A DNA stretch of 64,000 nt, taken from the NCBI GenBank assembly GCA_963727845.1, contig CAVSHI010000003.1:787764-851763 (forward strand). The letters run 5' to 3'. Shown here piece by piece: positions 37,855 through 49,012 of the stretch. A program made the translations under genes and the position numbers. The notes below the pieces were generated by a model. That model was not told the origin of the DNA, did no database searches, and saw only the letters and a list, made by a program, of their open reading frames with translations. The DNA is from Ignavibacteriota bacterium. GTDB lineage: Bacteria > Bacteroidota > Ignavibacteria > UBA10030 > SZUA-254. Numbering within the stretch: position 1 is the first letter of the stretch; the number at the start of each line of letters is the position of its first letter.

Positions 37855-38684
37855 CGCAGGCCTTCTTCGAGCACGGTGGAAGCATTAGTCTTCTCGTCAC
37901 GGTACTTGATGATAACAGGGGTGTACATCGAGAGATTATGTTCTTCCGCAAACGGGTGCTTGATGGTACGACTCCCGGCTATGACAACAGCATAGGGGGG
38001 AATAACGAGCGATTGATTTCCAGACCTTCGGTAAATGGTCGTCTTGACAAGGTCATACACGGGCGTCGAGCCAGTGAGAAGCACGCCGGCGCCGATAACA
38101 GCATGATGTCGGACAATCGCGCCCTCATAAATCCCGCAATTGCCCCCCACAAAAACATCGTCTTCGATAATGACGGGAAGCGATCCGACCGGTTCCATCA
38201 CGCCCCCGATCTGGGTGCCGGCGCTCAGGTGAACGCGTTTCCCCACCTGTGCACATGAGCCGACAAGAGCATGCGAATCGATCATCGTGTGCTCATCGAC
38301 GTACGCACCGATATTGACGTAGGATGGAGGCATCATTACCACGCCCGGCGCTACGAATGCCCCGTCTCGGATGGCACTGCCGCCGGGAACAACACGGACA
38401 TTGTCCTCCACGCTTAGATTTTTCAGCGCCATCGTATCTTTGTCAAAAAACTGAGGAGTGCCACCGTCGGGAAGTCGTATGAGGTTACCGACCCGGAACG
38501 CGATGAGAATTCCTTTCTTCACCCATGCGTTTACGTGCCATTCTCCGGACATATGCTCCGCGGCGCGCACTTCACCGCGATTGAGCAACGACTTGAGCTG
38601 TCCCACCGCCTCGAGGGCCTTGGCCCGGTCTATGTTCCCGGGAGGAATTTCATACAGCAGTTCGATGGTCTGTTCGAGATCCAT
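37851..38684 (-). CDS. dapD: 2,3,4,5-tetrahydropyridine-2,6-dicarboxylate N-succinyltransferase
   Basis: Left-handed beta-helix hexapeptide repeats and DapD-like N-terminal domain; adjacent to dapA and dapB. Confidence 0.85.
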   Translation of the reverse strand: MDLEQTIELLYEIPPGNIDRAKALEAVGQLKSLLNRGEVRAAEHMSGEWHVNAWVKKGILIAFRVGNLIRLPDGGTPQFFDKDTMALKNLSVEDNVRVVPGGSAIRDGAFVAPGVVMMPPSYVNIGAYVDEHTMIDSHALVGSCAQVGKRVHLSAGTQIGGVMEPVGSLPVIIEDDVFVGGNCGIYEGAIVRHHAVIGAGVLLTGSTPVYDLVKTTIYRRSGNQSLVIPPYAVVIAGSRTIKHPFAEEHNLSMYTPVIIKYRDEKTNASTVLEEGLR

Positions 38685-38685
38685 A

Positions 38686-39597
38686 CTAATCGACCAGGTC
38701 CAGATCTTCGAGGATTTTCTTCAGCTTCGGACGATGTTTCTTGCTCATCGGAACCATGGGCAAACGATAGTGTTCCTGTATCATTCCCATCATGGCGAGC
38801 GCGGCTTTGACGGGAATAGGGTTCGATTCCACAAAGTTGATATTCATGAGGGGCAGCAACCTATTATGGATCGTCAGGGCACGGTCGAATTTTCCTTTGA
38901 GGCACAGCCGGACCATGTCAGAAAAAAGACCGGGGACCTCATTCGACACGACCGAAACGACGCCGTCCGATCCGAGCGCCACAAGCGGCAGTGTAACCGC
39001 ATCATCGCCGGACCAGACACCAACTCCCTTGGGCCGATGGCGGAGAATTTCCATTATCTGTCCGAAATTCCCGGACGCTTCCTTCACGCCGGCAACATTC
39101 GGAATTTCTTCAGCCATGCGCAACATGGTTTCCGCCTCGATATTACTCGCCGTCCGTCCCGGAACGTTGTAGACCACGATCGGAGCATCAATCGCCTCGG
39201 CAATGGCCGCATAGTGCTGAAAGTAACCCTCCTGGGTTGGCTTGTTATAGTACGGTCCGACAATCAACACTCCATCCGCCCCGGACGCGATGACCCGTTT
39301 CGATAGAGAGATTGCCTTCTTCGTATTGTTGCTCCCCGCACCGGCAATGATTTTTACGCGGCGGCCGCTCACCCTGCGGCGGGCCTGCGCAACCACAATC
39401 TCGACAACTCTAGCCTGCTCGTCGTCGGAGAGCGTTACACTCTCCCCCGTCGTTCCGGTTGGAAGCAACGCCTCCACGCCGTTCTTGATTTGAAAATCTA
39501 CAAGTCTTTTCAGCGCAGCTTCGTCGACCTCACCGTCACCCCGAAATGGTGTAACGAGCGCTGTTCCTGTCCCGCGGAATAAGAGTTTTTTAGTCAT
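38686..39597 (-). CDS. dapA: 4-hydroxy-tetrahydrodipicolinate synthase
   Basis: GTALVTPF...LLPTGTTGESVTLS...Y(134)/K(162) region is conserved. Internal start MTKKLLF was chosen over the ORF extension, which overlaps dapB. Confidence 0.9.
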   Translation of the reverse strand: MTKKLLFRGTGTALVTPFRGDGEVDEAALKRLVDFQIKNGVEALLPTGTTGESVTLSDDEQARVVEIVVAQARRRVSGRRVKIIAGAGSNNTKKAISLSKRVIASGADGVLIVGPYYNKPTQEGYFQHYAAIAEAIDAPIVVYNVPGRTASNIEAETMLRMAEEIPNVAGVKEASGNFGQIMEILRHRPKGVGVWSGDDAVTLPLVALGSDGVVSVVSNEVPGLFSDMVRLCLKGKFDRALTIHNRLLPLMNINFVESNPIPVKAALAMMGMIQEHYRLPMVPMSKKHRPKLKKILEDLDLVD

Positions 39598-39599
39598 AG

Positions 39600-40331
39600 T
39601 TATACCAGCACGTCCTTCATTGTGAAAATGCCCTTTTTCCCCTTGAGCCACTCGGCCGCGAGCAGAGCGCCGAGGGCGAAGCCGCTCCGGCTTTTCGCCG
39701 TGTGAATCAACTCGATACAATCCGCTTCCGAATCGAACATCACCCGATGCGTCCCGACGACATGCCCGACTCTCGTCGAAGTGATGTGCAGCTGGTCGGG
39801 CTTCAACATCGCATTCGGGGTTTCATGCAAGACCTCTTTTTTCCGATGAAGATGATGGAGCAGAAGTTGACCGAGCGTAAGGGCTGTTCCGCTCGGACTG
39901 TCGGCTTTTCCACTGTGATGAATCTCCGAAACGGCTGCGTCATAGTATTCAAACTTGTCGATGAGATGAGCCGATGATGACACAATCTGGTAGAATATAT
40001 TCATCCCCAGAGAAAAATTCGAGGCGTACAGCAGGCCGATTTTTTTCGCTTTGACGATCTGCTTCACTTCCTCGAGTTTATCGTACCATCCGGTAGTTCC
40101 GACGACTATATTCTTGCCGCAATCGGCAACCGATTCGATGTTATCAAGCACCGCTGTCGGAGTGGAAAAATCGATGCAAATGTCGACATCCTTCAGCGAC
40201 TGTTTGGTAATGCCAATCCCCTGCAGATTGTTTTCGTCGGTGAAGATCTGTTTGACAACTATATTACGGCTGGCGGCAATCTGTTCGATCTGTTTGCCCA
40301 TTTTCCCATGGCCGATGAGTGCTATGTTCAT
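39600..40331 (-). CDS. dapB: 4-hydroxy-tetrahydrodipicolinate reductase
   Basis: MNIALIGHGKMGKQIEQ... is the NAD(P)-binding N-terminus, and EIHHSGKADSPSGTAL the DapB catalytic block. Confidence 0.9.
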   Translation of the reverse strand: MNIALIGHGKMGKQIEQIAASRNIVVKQIFTDENNLQGIGITKQSLKDVDICIDFSTPTAVLDNIESVADCGKNIVVGTTGWYDKLEEVKQIVKAKKIGLLYASNFSLGMNIFYQIVSSSAHLIDKFEYYDAAVSEIHHSGKADSPSGTALTLGQLLLHHLHRKKEVLHETPNAMLKPDQLHITSTRVGHVVGTHRVMFDSEADCIELIHTAKSRSGFALGALLAAEWLKGKKGIFTMKDVLV

Positions 40332-41266
40332 GCTTTTTGCCCCTCCTGTATTGGCTCTTCCAGGCGAAACGATGACAATTTGTCGATTTCCCGGGATCCT
40401 GGAAGTCCTGCGTTTCGCGCTGCAACACGATTTGCAAAACTCGCTGATGCCCGGATATTTTTTGACTTAAGATAATGAGCGCAGTAGGCCGCGCCAAAAA
40501 CATCACCGCAGCCGGTCGAATCGACCGCTAGGTCGCCGGCTATTCCCGGCTCGTCGATCCGCTGCGTTTGCTTGTGCTCATCGATAAAAGCAGTATATCC
40601 CTTTGATCCGCGGGTGATAAATATCGCCTTGGTATTCAGCGCCAGAGTCTGCTTGGCAAGCGTCATTTCATCAAATCGCTCCGGCGTGAGTACTGCAGCT
40701 TCCGTTTCATTCATCTGCGCTGCATGAAGCCAGAAAAGCCATCGCCGCCAATCCACGACCGGACGGTGGAACCGTTTCGCATCGGCCGAAATGCCCAGCG
40801 TTAAACTGTGGACATCCATGTACACGGGAATATGACCTTCGCGCACCTCCATCCGCAATGCATCGAGCGTCTCAAGCGTTATGTCGAAGCCGGAAATCAT
40901 ATTTACCAGCACCATATTGGTCTCAAGAGACGAGTGGATTTTTTTCCACGGAATCGGCTCGGCAATGTATTGAGAACATTCTGTTCGTTCATGTTCATCC
41001 TGGTACAGGAGATCGACCTGATTGGTCGGTCCATTGAATTTATAAATACCCGACGGATCTATGTTGGAATATGACTGTATCCGCTCGATGAAAGCGTCAT
41101 AATCGGATTTGCCGACGCCGAACACCGGAAGAATTGAGTCCTTCGGACCCAGGAGGTTGGCCAGTGTCACAAGAGTAAAGAAGATTCCACCGTAGCTCCT
41201 GGTTTCTTCTCCATTCGAATGATGGATAACGTCAAGACAAAGATGCCCGACGACGGTAATGGTCAC
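40328..41266 (-). CDS. PfkB-family carbohydrate kinase
   Basis: Ribokinase-like fold; C-terminal DSTGCGDVFGAAYCAHYL is the ATP/anion-hole motif. Its stop overlaps the dapB start. Confidence 0.75.
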   Translation of the reverse strand: MTITVVGHLCLDVIHHSNGEETRSYGGIFFTLVTLANLLGPKDSILPVFGVGKSDYDAFIERIQSYSNIDPSGIYKFNGPTNQVDLLYQDEHERTECSQYIAEPIPWKKIHSSLETNMVLVNMISGFDITLETLDALRMEVREGHIPVYMDVHSLTLGISADAKRFHRPVVDWRRWLFWLHAAQMNETEAAVLTPERFDEMTLAKQTLALNTKAIFITRGSKGYTAFIDEHKQTQRIDEPGIAGDLAVDSTGCGDVFGAAYCAHYLKSKNIRASASFANRVAARNAGLPGSREIDKLSSFRLEEPIQEGQKA

Positions 41267-41328
41267 AGTGACATTCCTGTTATAAGCGAAACTTTCTTCT
41301 TATCGCCCTATTTCCAACATATCCAATA

Positions 41329-42081
41329 TTATACTTTCGCCGTATACGGAAAATTCCCCGCCTCGCACAAGCGCCACAATCCCTGGCATGAGAATTGGTT
41401 CTCATACAACGCCCTTCCGATCACCACGGAATCCACACCAATCGGTTCCAATTCCTGCAGCTTCAAAAGATCATCCAGCCCCGATACGCCTCCAGAGGCC
41501 GTCACGCTCATGCCGGTCTTTTCTGCCAACATTCTAATCGCAACGAGATTCGGCCCGCGCATGGTCCGGTAGACCAGGACATCGGTATAGACAACTCTCC
41601 TGAATCCCAGTTGCTTCGCGTTCAGGACCGCACTGATCGCTGTGAGTCCGGAACCTACGTTCCTGCCCTGGATCTTCACGATTCCATTTTCAGCGTCGAT
41701 ACCAAGAACAACCTTGCTTGCCCCGTATGCATCGATAGCTCGTTTCGCCTGGTCGGGCTCATCAATGAGCATGGTACCGATGACCACCCGATAGATCCCG
41801 CACTCCAGTGCTTTTCGCACTTCGTCAAATGTCCGCAGACCGCCTCCAATTTCGATCGGGATGTCGACGGCTTTTACCATTCGTCGGATGATATCAAAGT
41901 TCACCATCCGTCCGGCAATCGCACCATCGACATCTGTTACATGAAGCGCCTTGGAGTTTTCCTTGCGCCACAATTTTGCGCGTTCAACCGGGTCATCCGT
42001 GTACGAAAATCCTGCGGCGCCTTGAACCGGCCGCAAGCACTTTCCATCTTTGATTTCAATCGAAGGTATTACGAGCAACAT
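41329..42081 (-). CDS. hisA: 1-(5-phosphoribosyl)-5-[(5-phosphoribosylamino)methylideneamino]imidazole-4-carboxamide isomerase
   Basis: IPSIEIKDGKCLRPVQG ... IEIGGGLRTFDEV ... ASGGVSGLDD are HisA (beta/alpha)8 signature blocks. No other his genes lie nearby. Confidence 0.8.
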   Translation of the reverse strand: MLLVIPSIEIKDGKCLRPVQGAAGFSYTDDPVERAKLWRKENSKALHVTDVDGAIAGRMVNFDIIRRMVKAVDIPIEIGGGLRTFDEVRKALECGIYRVVIGTMLIDEPDQAKRAIDAYGASKVVLGIDAENGIVKIQGRNVGSGLTAISAVLNAKQLGFRRVVYTDVLVYRTMRGPNLVAIRMLAEKTGMSVTASGGVSGLDDLLKLQELEPIGVDSVVIGRALYENQFSCQGLWRLCEAGNFPYTAKV

Positions 42082-42224
42082 CGAATGTTTAAATTCTATA
42101 ATCCAAAATGCGAATTTTTTCCGTCAAATTCAAACACCGGAATGGTAGCGATTCCTCGTGTGGGGCACTGGTTGTCAGGAAAATTTTGTATCTTGTGACT
42201 TCCGTTCCACTATTGAGAGTACTT

Positions 42225-43886
42225 ATGAACAGAACCACGTGCATTTTTCTTATCGTCTTTGGCGGGCTTTTCCCCCGGTGTGCCGCAGGACAGCCACCCG
42301 ACGTGCAGGGCCGTCGGCCTCAGCTTATAGTCGAGATCGTACTCGACCAGGTGCCGTACGATTACCTGGCCCGTTTTCAGCCGTACTTTTGTGATAGCGG
42401 ATTTACGTACCTTCTCCGGCGCGGGGCTGATTTCACGGATGCGCAGTACGGCTATGCCTACACGAAAACAGCGCCGGGGCATGCGGCAATCGCCACCGGG
42501 ACATACAGCCACATCAGCGGCATTGTCGGCAACCGCTGGTACGAAAGAGCTAGGAAGAAAGCAATCGATTCTATTGACGACGACTCGGTGAGCATGGTCG
42601 GAAGGAACGGAAAGGGTTGTTCTCCACGCTGGCTCATGGTCAGTTCGTTTGGCGACATGCTGCGCAAGACAAACAATTTCCGGTCAAAAGTCATCGGCAT
42701 CTCGAACAAGGACCGAAGCGCAATCATGCTGGCGGGAAAATCGGGGACGGCATATTGGATAGAGGATTCGACGGTTGTGTCATCCACTTATTATATGGCG
42801 GATTTACCATCGTGGGTAAGGGAATTTAATGAATCGGGAATCTTCCGTCGCAATTTCGGGAAATGGTGGACAGAGCTCAAACCCGATGTTGCCGCCTCCA
42901 TCTGCGATATCGACGATGCTCCGTACGAAGCCGACGTTCCCGGATTCGGGAAGGCCTTTCCCCATCACATCGTCGGAAATGACAGCCTGCACCTCACCTC
43001 TTCGTACATCGAGGCGCTTGACACTTCGCCTTTCTCGACGGAGATTTTGCTCCAACTCGCACGACGCGCGTTCCTGGAGGAATCACTGGGCGTGCGCGGC
43101 GTGACGGACATGCTCTGCATCAGCATTTCCGCGACGGACATTGTCGGACACGCTTTCGGACCGAACAGCCACGAGGTCTTCGATAACATGCTCCGCACCG
43201 ACAGAATGATCGCCGAATTCCTGGCGTTCCTTGAGCAGAGAATCGGGCTTGACAACTGTCTCATTGCCGTCTCGGCCGACCACGGTATCGCTCCGATACC
43301 CGAATACAAGATGAAAGAGTCCCCGGATGTGCGAACTGCCCGCATCAGCGCCAAAGAAATAACCGCGCGGGCGACCCGGGCGCTCGATCATACGTTCGGA
43401 AAATCATCTTCATCGTGGGTGACTCAAACCATCGACGCGCAAATTTATCTGAATGAGAACGCCGCGAAGGAAAAGGGACTATCTCTTCAAAAGATTCGAA
43501 GCGTGTTGAAAGACTCTCTCACCGATTCATTCCCCATCGATAAAGCGTATACGTCCGACGAACTTTTGAAGGAACAAGACGACGGCTGCTTCTGCGAACG
43601 GGTGAAACGCTCATTCTATCCTTCGCGCAGCGGCGATATTCTCATCCTTGTCAAACCATTTTCTATTATTGACAGCGCTCAGAAGGGAACCAACCACGGA
43701 ATGCCCTATACCTACGATACGCACGTCTTGCTCATCCTTGCAGGAAAGGGTGTGAAACAGGGAGTCTATAATGATGCCGTCAGCCCCATCGATATCGCAC
43801 CCACGCTCGCGGCGTTACTAGGCATTCAGGCCCCGCCACAGTGCGAGGGGAAAGTGCTGGACGAAGCGATCACCATTGCAAAATGA
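42225..43886 (+). CDS. alkaline phosphatase-superfamily protein (type I phosphodiesterase/nucleotide pyrophosphatase-like)
   Basis: Signal peptide, then the ENPP/AlkP-core metal-ligand blocks (DQVPYDY, TAPGHAAIATGTY, SADHGIAP). Confidence 0.7.
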   Translation: MNRTTCIFLIVFGGLFPRCAAGQPPDVQGRRPQLIVEIVLDQVPYDYLARFQPYFCDSGFTYLLRRGADFTDAQYGYAYTKTAPGHAAIATGTYSHISGIVGNRWYERARKKAIDSIDDDSVSMVGRNGKGCSPRWLMVSSFGDMLRKTNNFRSKVIGISNKDRSAIMLAGKSGTAYWIEDSTVVSSTYYMADLPSWVREFNESGIFRRNFGKWWTELKPDVAASICDIDDAPYEADVPGFGKAFPHHIVGNDSLHLTSSYIEALDTSPFSTEILLQLARRAFLEESLGVRGVTDMLCISISATDIVGHAFGPNSHEVFDNMLRTDRMIAEFLAFLEQRIGLDNCLIAVSADHGIAPIPEYKMKESPDVRTARISAKEITARATRALDHTFGKSSSSWVTQTIDAQIYLNENAAKEKGLSLQKIRSVLKDSLTDSFPIDKAYTSDELLKEQDDGCFCERVKRSFYPSRSGDILILVKPFSIIDSAQKGTNHGMPYTYDTHVLLILAGKGVKQGVYNDAVSPIDIAPTLAALLGIQAPPQCEGKVLDEAITIAK

Positions 43887-43998
43887 CCGCCCCCGAACTT
43901 GATCCGAATTCTTTACGATCAAAAATGGCGGGCAGACCACCGGGCTGACATGTGAATGCTCGCCGGTGGGAAGACCGGAATTTACATGCGTTCGCCGG

Positions 43999-46389
43999 TT
44001 ACTTGCCGAACACCCACGGGATGGCGTCGGCGATTTTCTCCACACAGATAATCTTCAGACCCTCCTTCACCTTTGCGGGAATTTCCACAAGATCCTTTTC
44101 GTTTTCCTTCGGGATGAGAACCACCTTCATACCGTTGCGCTGTGCCGCAAGGAGTTTTTCATTCAATCCTCCGATGGGGAGCACATTGCCCCGCAGGGTG
44201 ATCTCTCCCGTCATGGCGATGTCGCTGCGTGCCCGGCGATTGGAGGCGGCCGAGACCATGGCCATTGCCATCGTAATTCCGGCAGAAGGTCCATCTTTGG
44301 GAATCGCACCCTCCGGCAAATGAATGTGAATTTCCTTTTTCTGATAGAAGTTCTGCGGTACGCCGAGCGCCCTCGCGTTCGAGCGAATGTAGCTCAGCGC
44401 CGCCTGCGCTGATTCCTTCATAACTTCGCCAAGTTGACCCGTCAGCGTGAGTTTCTCATGACCGTTCATGATTGTAACATCGACATTGAGAATGTCGCCG
44501 CCGACGCTCGTCCATGCGAGTCCTATCACCGATCCAACCCTGCGTTCCCGTTGAGCGGGTCGCTTTCGGATCTTCGGAACACCCAGGTACTTCTCGACCT
44601 TCTTTTCATCGACGCGTATGAGTTTCGGAGCCGATCGTTTGCCGTTCTTCTGTCTCGCAAGAACAATTTCCTTCGCGACCTTCCGGCAGATCGAAGCAAT
44701 TTCCCTTTCCATATTCCGCACGCCGGCTTCACGCGTGTACTCCTGAACAATCTTCACAATGGCATTCTCGGTTAGATGCACCTCGTTGCTCTTCAGGCCG
44801 TGTTCGGCAAGCTGTTTCGGGATGATGTGGCGCTTTGCAATCTCTCGCTTGTCGTATTCGAGGTAACCGGGCAACTCAATGATTTCCATCCTGTCCTGCA
44901 ACGGGAGAGGAATATTGTACCGCACATTCGCGGTCGTGATGAACATGACGTGCGAGAGGTCGTAGTCCACGTCAAGATAATGGTCGTTGAACGAAACGTT
45001 TTGTTCGGGGTCGAGAACCTCCAGGAGAGCCGACGAGGGGTCGCCGCGGAAATCCATGCTCATCTTGTCGACCTCGTCCATAAGGATCACCGGATTGATG
45101 ACGCCGGCGCGTTTCATGGACTGGATGATTTTCCCGGGCATCGAGCCGATGTAGGTACGGCGGTGTCCGCGGATCTCGGCCTCATCGCGTACGCCGCCGA
45201 GCGAGATCCGGACGAACTTCCTTCCAAGCGCCCGGGCGATGGATTTTCCCAGGGAAGTTTTTCCCACTCCCGGAGGGCCGACAAAGCAGAGGATCTGGCC
45301 CTTCATTTCCTTCACCAGATTCAGCACGGCGATGTGTTCGAGAATTCGCTCCTTCGGTTTTTCAAGTCCGAAGTGGTCCTCATCCAGGATCTGCTGCACA
45401 TGCTTCACATTGAGATCATCGTTTGTCCGTTTATACCACGGCACAGCGATCAGCCAGTCGAGGAAGTTCCGGCTGACACCAAATTCCGGTGATTGCGGCG
45501 GAGTTTTCTTCAACTTGTTGAATTCTTCCATCGCTTTCTCGTACACATCCTTCGGCATTTTCGCTTCATCAAGCTGCTTCTTGAGCTTCAGCAATTCCGG
45601 AGACGCTGCCTCCTCTTCGCCGAGCTCGTCCTGCAGCACGCGCATCTGTTCCTGCAAGAGGAACCGCCGCTGCGATTTCTGAATGCTCTCGTGAACTTTC
45701 GAATCAATGTCCTTTTGGATTTTTAATACGTCGATTTCCGAACTCAGCATGCGAATGAGTTCCAGGTATTGTTCCCTGAGCGTCGTGAGACGCAGAATCT
45801 TCTGTTTCACGTCAACAGCCTGTGTCATATTCGCGGCAACATAGTAGAGCTTGCGCCGGGGATCCTTGATGTTTTCATACGCCACCATCACTTCGCTTGC
45901 CACATTTCGATTCAGATGGACGTAGTCCGTAAACAGTGATGAGACATGGCGGACAAAGGCATCTATTTCCGGCGTCATCTCGACCGGCTCACTGATGACG
46001 GTTACGTCGACTTCGAGGAACTGCGGGTTGGGAACGAATGACGTGATGAACGCCTGTGCGACTCCATCCACAAGAATCTTCATCAAACCATTGGGCAGTT
46101 TGAGCGTTTGTACGATCCTGCCGATAGTGCCCTCGACGTACACGTCATCTTTCGTCGGCTCTTCGGTGGAGGCGGTCTTTTGCGTGACCAGGAAGATGAA
46201 TTTGTCCCGCTCAACGGCGGCAGCCGCGGCACGAAGCGATGACTCCCTTCCTACGAGCACGGGAAAGATCATGAATGGAAAAATAACCGTATCCCGCAGC
46301 GGGAGCACGGGGAGACGGGTTGGGATTCGATCGGGTGGCACCGGGCTGATTTCTTCCCGGTTTACTGAAATGGTTTCTTCTTCTTTCAT
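43999..46389 (-). CDS. lon: ATP-dependent Lon protease
   Basis: LON N-domain, AAA+ Walker A (GPPGVGKTS), sensor motifs, and proteolytic domain with [12 protein letters not shown] (catalytic Ser). Start at MKEEETIS. Confidence 0.9.
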   Translation of the reverse strand: MKEEETISVNREEISPVPPDRIPTRLPVLPLRDTVIFPFMIFPVLVGRESSLRAAAAAVERDKFIFLVTQKTASTEEPTKDDVYVEGTIGRIVQTLKLPNGLMKILVDGVAQAFITSFVPNPQFLEVDVTVISEPVEMTPEIDAFVRHVSSLFTDYVHLNRNVASEVMVAYENIKDPRRKLYYVAANMTQAVDVKQKILRLTTLREQYLELIRMLSSEIDVLKIQKDIDSKVHESIQKSQRRFLLQEQMRVLQDELGEEEAASPELLKLKKQLDEAKMPKDVYEKAMEEFNKLKKTPPQSPEFGVSRNFLDWLIAVPWYKRTNDDLNVKHVQQILDEDHFGLEKPKERILEHIAVLNLVKEMKGQILCFVGPPGVGKTSLGKSIARALGRKFVRISLGGVRDEAEIRGHRRTYIGSMPGKIIQSMKRAGVINPVILMDEVDKMSMDFRGDPSSALLEVLDPEQNVSFNDHYLDVDYDLSHVMFITTANVRYNIPLPLQDRMEIIELPGYLEYDKREIAKRHIIPKQLAEHGLKSNEVHLTENAIVKIVQEYTREAGVRNMEREIASICRKVAKEIVLARQKNGKRSAPKLIRVDEKKVEKYLGVPKIRKRPAQRERRVGSVIGLAWTSVGGDILNVDVTIMNGHEKLTLTGQLGEVMKESAQAALSYIRSNARALGVPQNFYQKKEIHIHLPEGAIPKDGPSAGITMAMAMVSAASNRRARSDIAMTGEITLRGNVLPIGGLNEKLLAAQRNGMKVVLIPKENEKDLVEIPAKVKEGLKIICVEKIADAIPWVFGK

Positions 46390-46685
46390 GTTCGAGATAG
46401 AAATGCCCCGACAGCCGGCTCTTCCTCGCATATCGGGACGGATGAGTGAATAATGTGGAGGTTTATGTATACAATATACGAAGATTTCAAAAGTGATGCA
46501 ATGGAACGGGTAACCGGCGCATTGAGTCAAACCCAGCGTCAATACAACATCCCGTCCTCCCGCCCGACACGGGAAAAAATCGAACCACTAAGGCACAAAG
46601 GGTTTTCTCCAGACCAAGTCGTATGTCTGCGCCGATGGTTCGGATTGCACAAGAACGGGATTTTTCTATATTATGAAGTTCAGAC

Positions 46686-47834
46686 ATGAAGAATGAAACG
46701 TATTTGACCTTTGCCTCGCGGCTTTTCAGACAATACGAGTTCTATCGGAATGACGCATTCCCTGCGCGACGGTTCACTCCCGAAAAGCTGCACTGCGTGA
46801 TCGATTCCCTGGCGAACGACTCGGGCGGGCTGGTCGCTATTCGGGATGTCGGAAAGTCGTTTCAGGGAAGACCGCTACGGCTGCTGACGGTCGGCAAGGG
46901 CAAGACCACTGTGCTTCTATGGTCGCAGATGCACGGCGACGAGTCTACCGCGACTCTGGCCATTCTGGATATCCTCAGCTATTTCAATAAATTGAAAGAC
47001 ACTCCGCCGGCCCGCCAGATACTTTCGTCGCTCACAATGCACTTTCTCCCGATGCTCAATCCCGACGGGGCGGCGTGTTTTCAGCGGCAGACGGCTCAGG
47101 GGATCGACATGAACCGGGATGCGCTTGCCCTTCGTACTCCCGAAGCACGCATCCTCAAATCGCTTCAGCGGAAGCTCCGCCCGCACTTTGGGTTCAACCT
47201 CCATGACCAGGAATTAAGCACGGTCGCAACTTCGAAAGAACTGACGGCTCTCGGACTCCTGGCCCCGGCGTTCGACGTCAGACGCTCGGATAACCCGATC
47301 CGAAAACGAGCCAGACTTCTTGCCGCGAGCCTGGTGGCGGCCATGAACTGCGTCGGCCAGCGCCGTCTGGCAAAATACGACGACACGTTCGAGCCGCGGG
47401 CGTTCGGCGATAACATGCAAAAGTGGGGAACGAGCACCGTGCTGATAGAATCCGGGCATACCATGAACGACCCGGAAAAACATTCGGTGAGAAGACTCAA
47501 TGCCGTTGGCATTCTTGCGGGCCTGTATGCCCTCGCGACGGGAGTGTATGCACATGCAAACGTCTCTCTCTACGAGGATCTCCCTTTCAACGGCAAGAAA
47601 GCATACGACCTCATTGTTCGAGACATTCTTGTCGTGCACAGAAAGAACCGTACGACTCTTGCCGACATCGGTATCTCTTACCAGGTCGACACGCATCCGG
47701 AATCGATTCCTGTGCTTGTTGACCTCGGAGACCTTCGTTCGTTCATCGGACTTCGCGAGGTTGACGGGAAACGGGCAAGACTCCCGCAGAGCAAGTTGAT
47801 TCTCGGAAAACCTTTTTCGTTCAGACGATGGTAA
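46686..47834 (+). CDS. M14-family zinc carboxypeptidase-like protein (cytosolic)
   Basis: LLWSQMHGDESTATLA is the HxxE zinc-binding motif, and NPDG the substrate-binding motif. Confidence 0.7.
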   Translation: MKNETYLTFASRLFRQYEFYRNDAFPARRFTPEKLHCVIDSLANDSGGLVAIRDVGKSFQGRPLRLLTVGKGKTTVLLWSQMHGDESTATLAILDILSYFNKLKDTPPARQILSSLTMHFLPMLNPDGAACFQRQTAQGIDMNRDALALRTPEARILKSLQRKLRPHFGFNLHDQELSTVATSKELTALGLLAPAFDVRRSDNPIRKRARLLAASLVAAMNCVGQRRLAKYDDTFEPRAFGDNMQKWGTSTVLIESGHTMNDPEKHSVRRLNAVGILAGLYALATGVYAHANVSLYEDLPFNGKKAYDLIVRDILVVHRKNRTTLADIGISYQVDTHPESIPVLVDLGDLRSFIGLREVDGKRARLPQSKLILGKPFSFRRW

Positions 47835-47944
47835 ACTCACTGTTTCACGTCAGAGTTCTACCCTACCGCCCATTCCTTCCTCCAGTCAGTGACAACACAC
47901 GATATTAAACCACGAAGGCACAAAGGACAGTCAGCCCTGAACGA

Positions 47945-48020
47945 TGCGACTTCGAACTGAGGTCAAGCGACACGGAACCTGTCGCACTGTGCGCTTACCC
48001 ACGACTTTAGTCGTGGGACA
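47945..48020. repeat. dispersed REP copy of the RAYT-associated family
   Basis: cgacttcgaactgaggtcaagcgac ... cccacgactttagtcgtggg matches the ctcgaactgaagttcgag / cccacgagctttagctcgtgg hairpins at 27.6-28.5 kb. Confidence 0.5.
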
Positions 48021-48043
48021 CGAAAAATCAAGAAGCAAAACAG

Positions 48044-48061
48044 AAACCGCTTCAGCGGTTT
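48044..48061 (-). terminator. terminator hairpin for the Yip1 gene
   Basis: aaaccgc-ttca-gcggttt; on the minus strand it is followed by ctgttttgcttcttgattttt. Confidence 0.55.
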
Positions 48062-48163
48062 AAATCCTCCCCGGGGTATTCGCGGCTGGCACAGCCGAAG
48101 GTTACCTTCAACTTCGTCATTGCTTCGGAGAAGGTAACCTTCTTGCAGGCGAGGGTTGTTCTC

Positions 48164-48922
48164 CTATCCCGATATCCACCCGATGAGCGAGGTTGCCAGT
48201 GTGTAGAGTGCCCACAGGCCGAATGCCGTCCCCATAGCAACACCATTAGACTTCCCGGAGATTTTCGCCAGTCCGATTCCAACAACCGCGGTCTGCCAGA
48301 GGGTGAACACGTTGAGCGACGCGAGCAGATTATGACCGATATTGTGCGGGTCGAACGAACCCATGAGCAGCAACGAACCGCCGGGAGTTGCATGTATCGA
48401 ATCGAGCGCATACATCATGAGCACCGTCACGATGGAGCCCAGAATTCCGATCATCGACGCAAGCCCGGATATCTCAAGAAGTTTCTTATAATCTCCCCGT
48501 GATTTGAAGCCCAGCTTCACGATGAGCCATAACACGAGCGGACTGGCAAAGAATATAACCGACGTCCAAACAGCCGCACCGACCGTTCCGGTAATCATCA
48601 TCAGGGGACCGGATTCTGTGAATTGCATTGCCTGCTCCATCTGTTCCTGCGTCATTTTACCCGCATCAACTTTCTTCTGCATTGCCTGCCGGGTGGGTTC
48701 GAGCACCTGGTCGCGCAATGTCGGATTACTGAAAAGAGCAATGGTCGTCAGCACTGCCAGGAGAAGCATGCAGATGTACGGCACAAGCCACGATGTCGTC
48801 TGAACGTCCGTTTGAACGACTTCGCCGTACAGTTCTCCCGGCGAAGCAAAGACATTGGTTGCTCTCGTAAGAAACGAAGATACCTGCGAAGGGACTTCCC
48901 CGGTTTGTTGTTCCTGTTCCAT
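48164..48922 (-). CDS. Yip1-domain membrane protein
   Basis: Five predicted TM helices after a soluble N-terminus, in a Yip1/YIF1-like topology. Confidence 0.7.
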   Translation of the reverse strand: MEQEQQTGEVPSQVSSFLTRATNVFASPGELYGEVVQTDVQTTSWLVPYICMLLLAVLTTIALFSNPTLRDQVLEPTRQAMQKKVDAGKMTQEQMEQAMQFTESGPLMMITGTVGAAVWTSVIFFASPLVLWLIVKLGFKSRGDYKKLLEISGLASMIGILGSIVTVLMMYALDSIHATPGGSLLLMGSFDPHNIGHNLLASLNVFTLWQTAVVGIGLAKISGKSNGVAMGTAFGLWALYTLATSLIGWISG

Positions 48923-49012
48923 GGTAGACTCCTTTCTTTCTAGAAGTTAGACAATTTTCTGTTTTATTTCAATGCGCTTCTTCCCCGGGATTCCAACCCG
49001 GGTACCTCGAAA

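Noticed and set aside
41329-42081. Orphan hisA as evidence of a disrupted his operon
   Set aside because: Stand-alone hisA/hisF-like genes are common, the sequence is intact, and there is no sign of deletion scars. Noted only as an ordinary feature.
46453-46689. 78-aa ORF in the lon / M14 divergent promoter region
   Set aside because: No homology or RBS; lies in a 290-bp divergent intergenic region and is probably promoter DNA.
47860-48060. tRNA or other small RNA gene between the M14 peptidase and Yip1
   Set aside because: No cloverleaf-compatible segment (no GTTCGAATC-type T-arm). The structured elements are a REP copy and a terminator hairpin.
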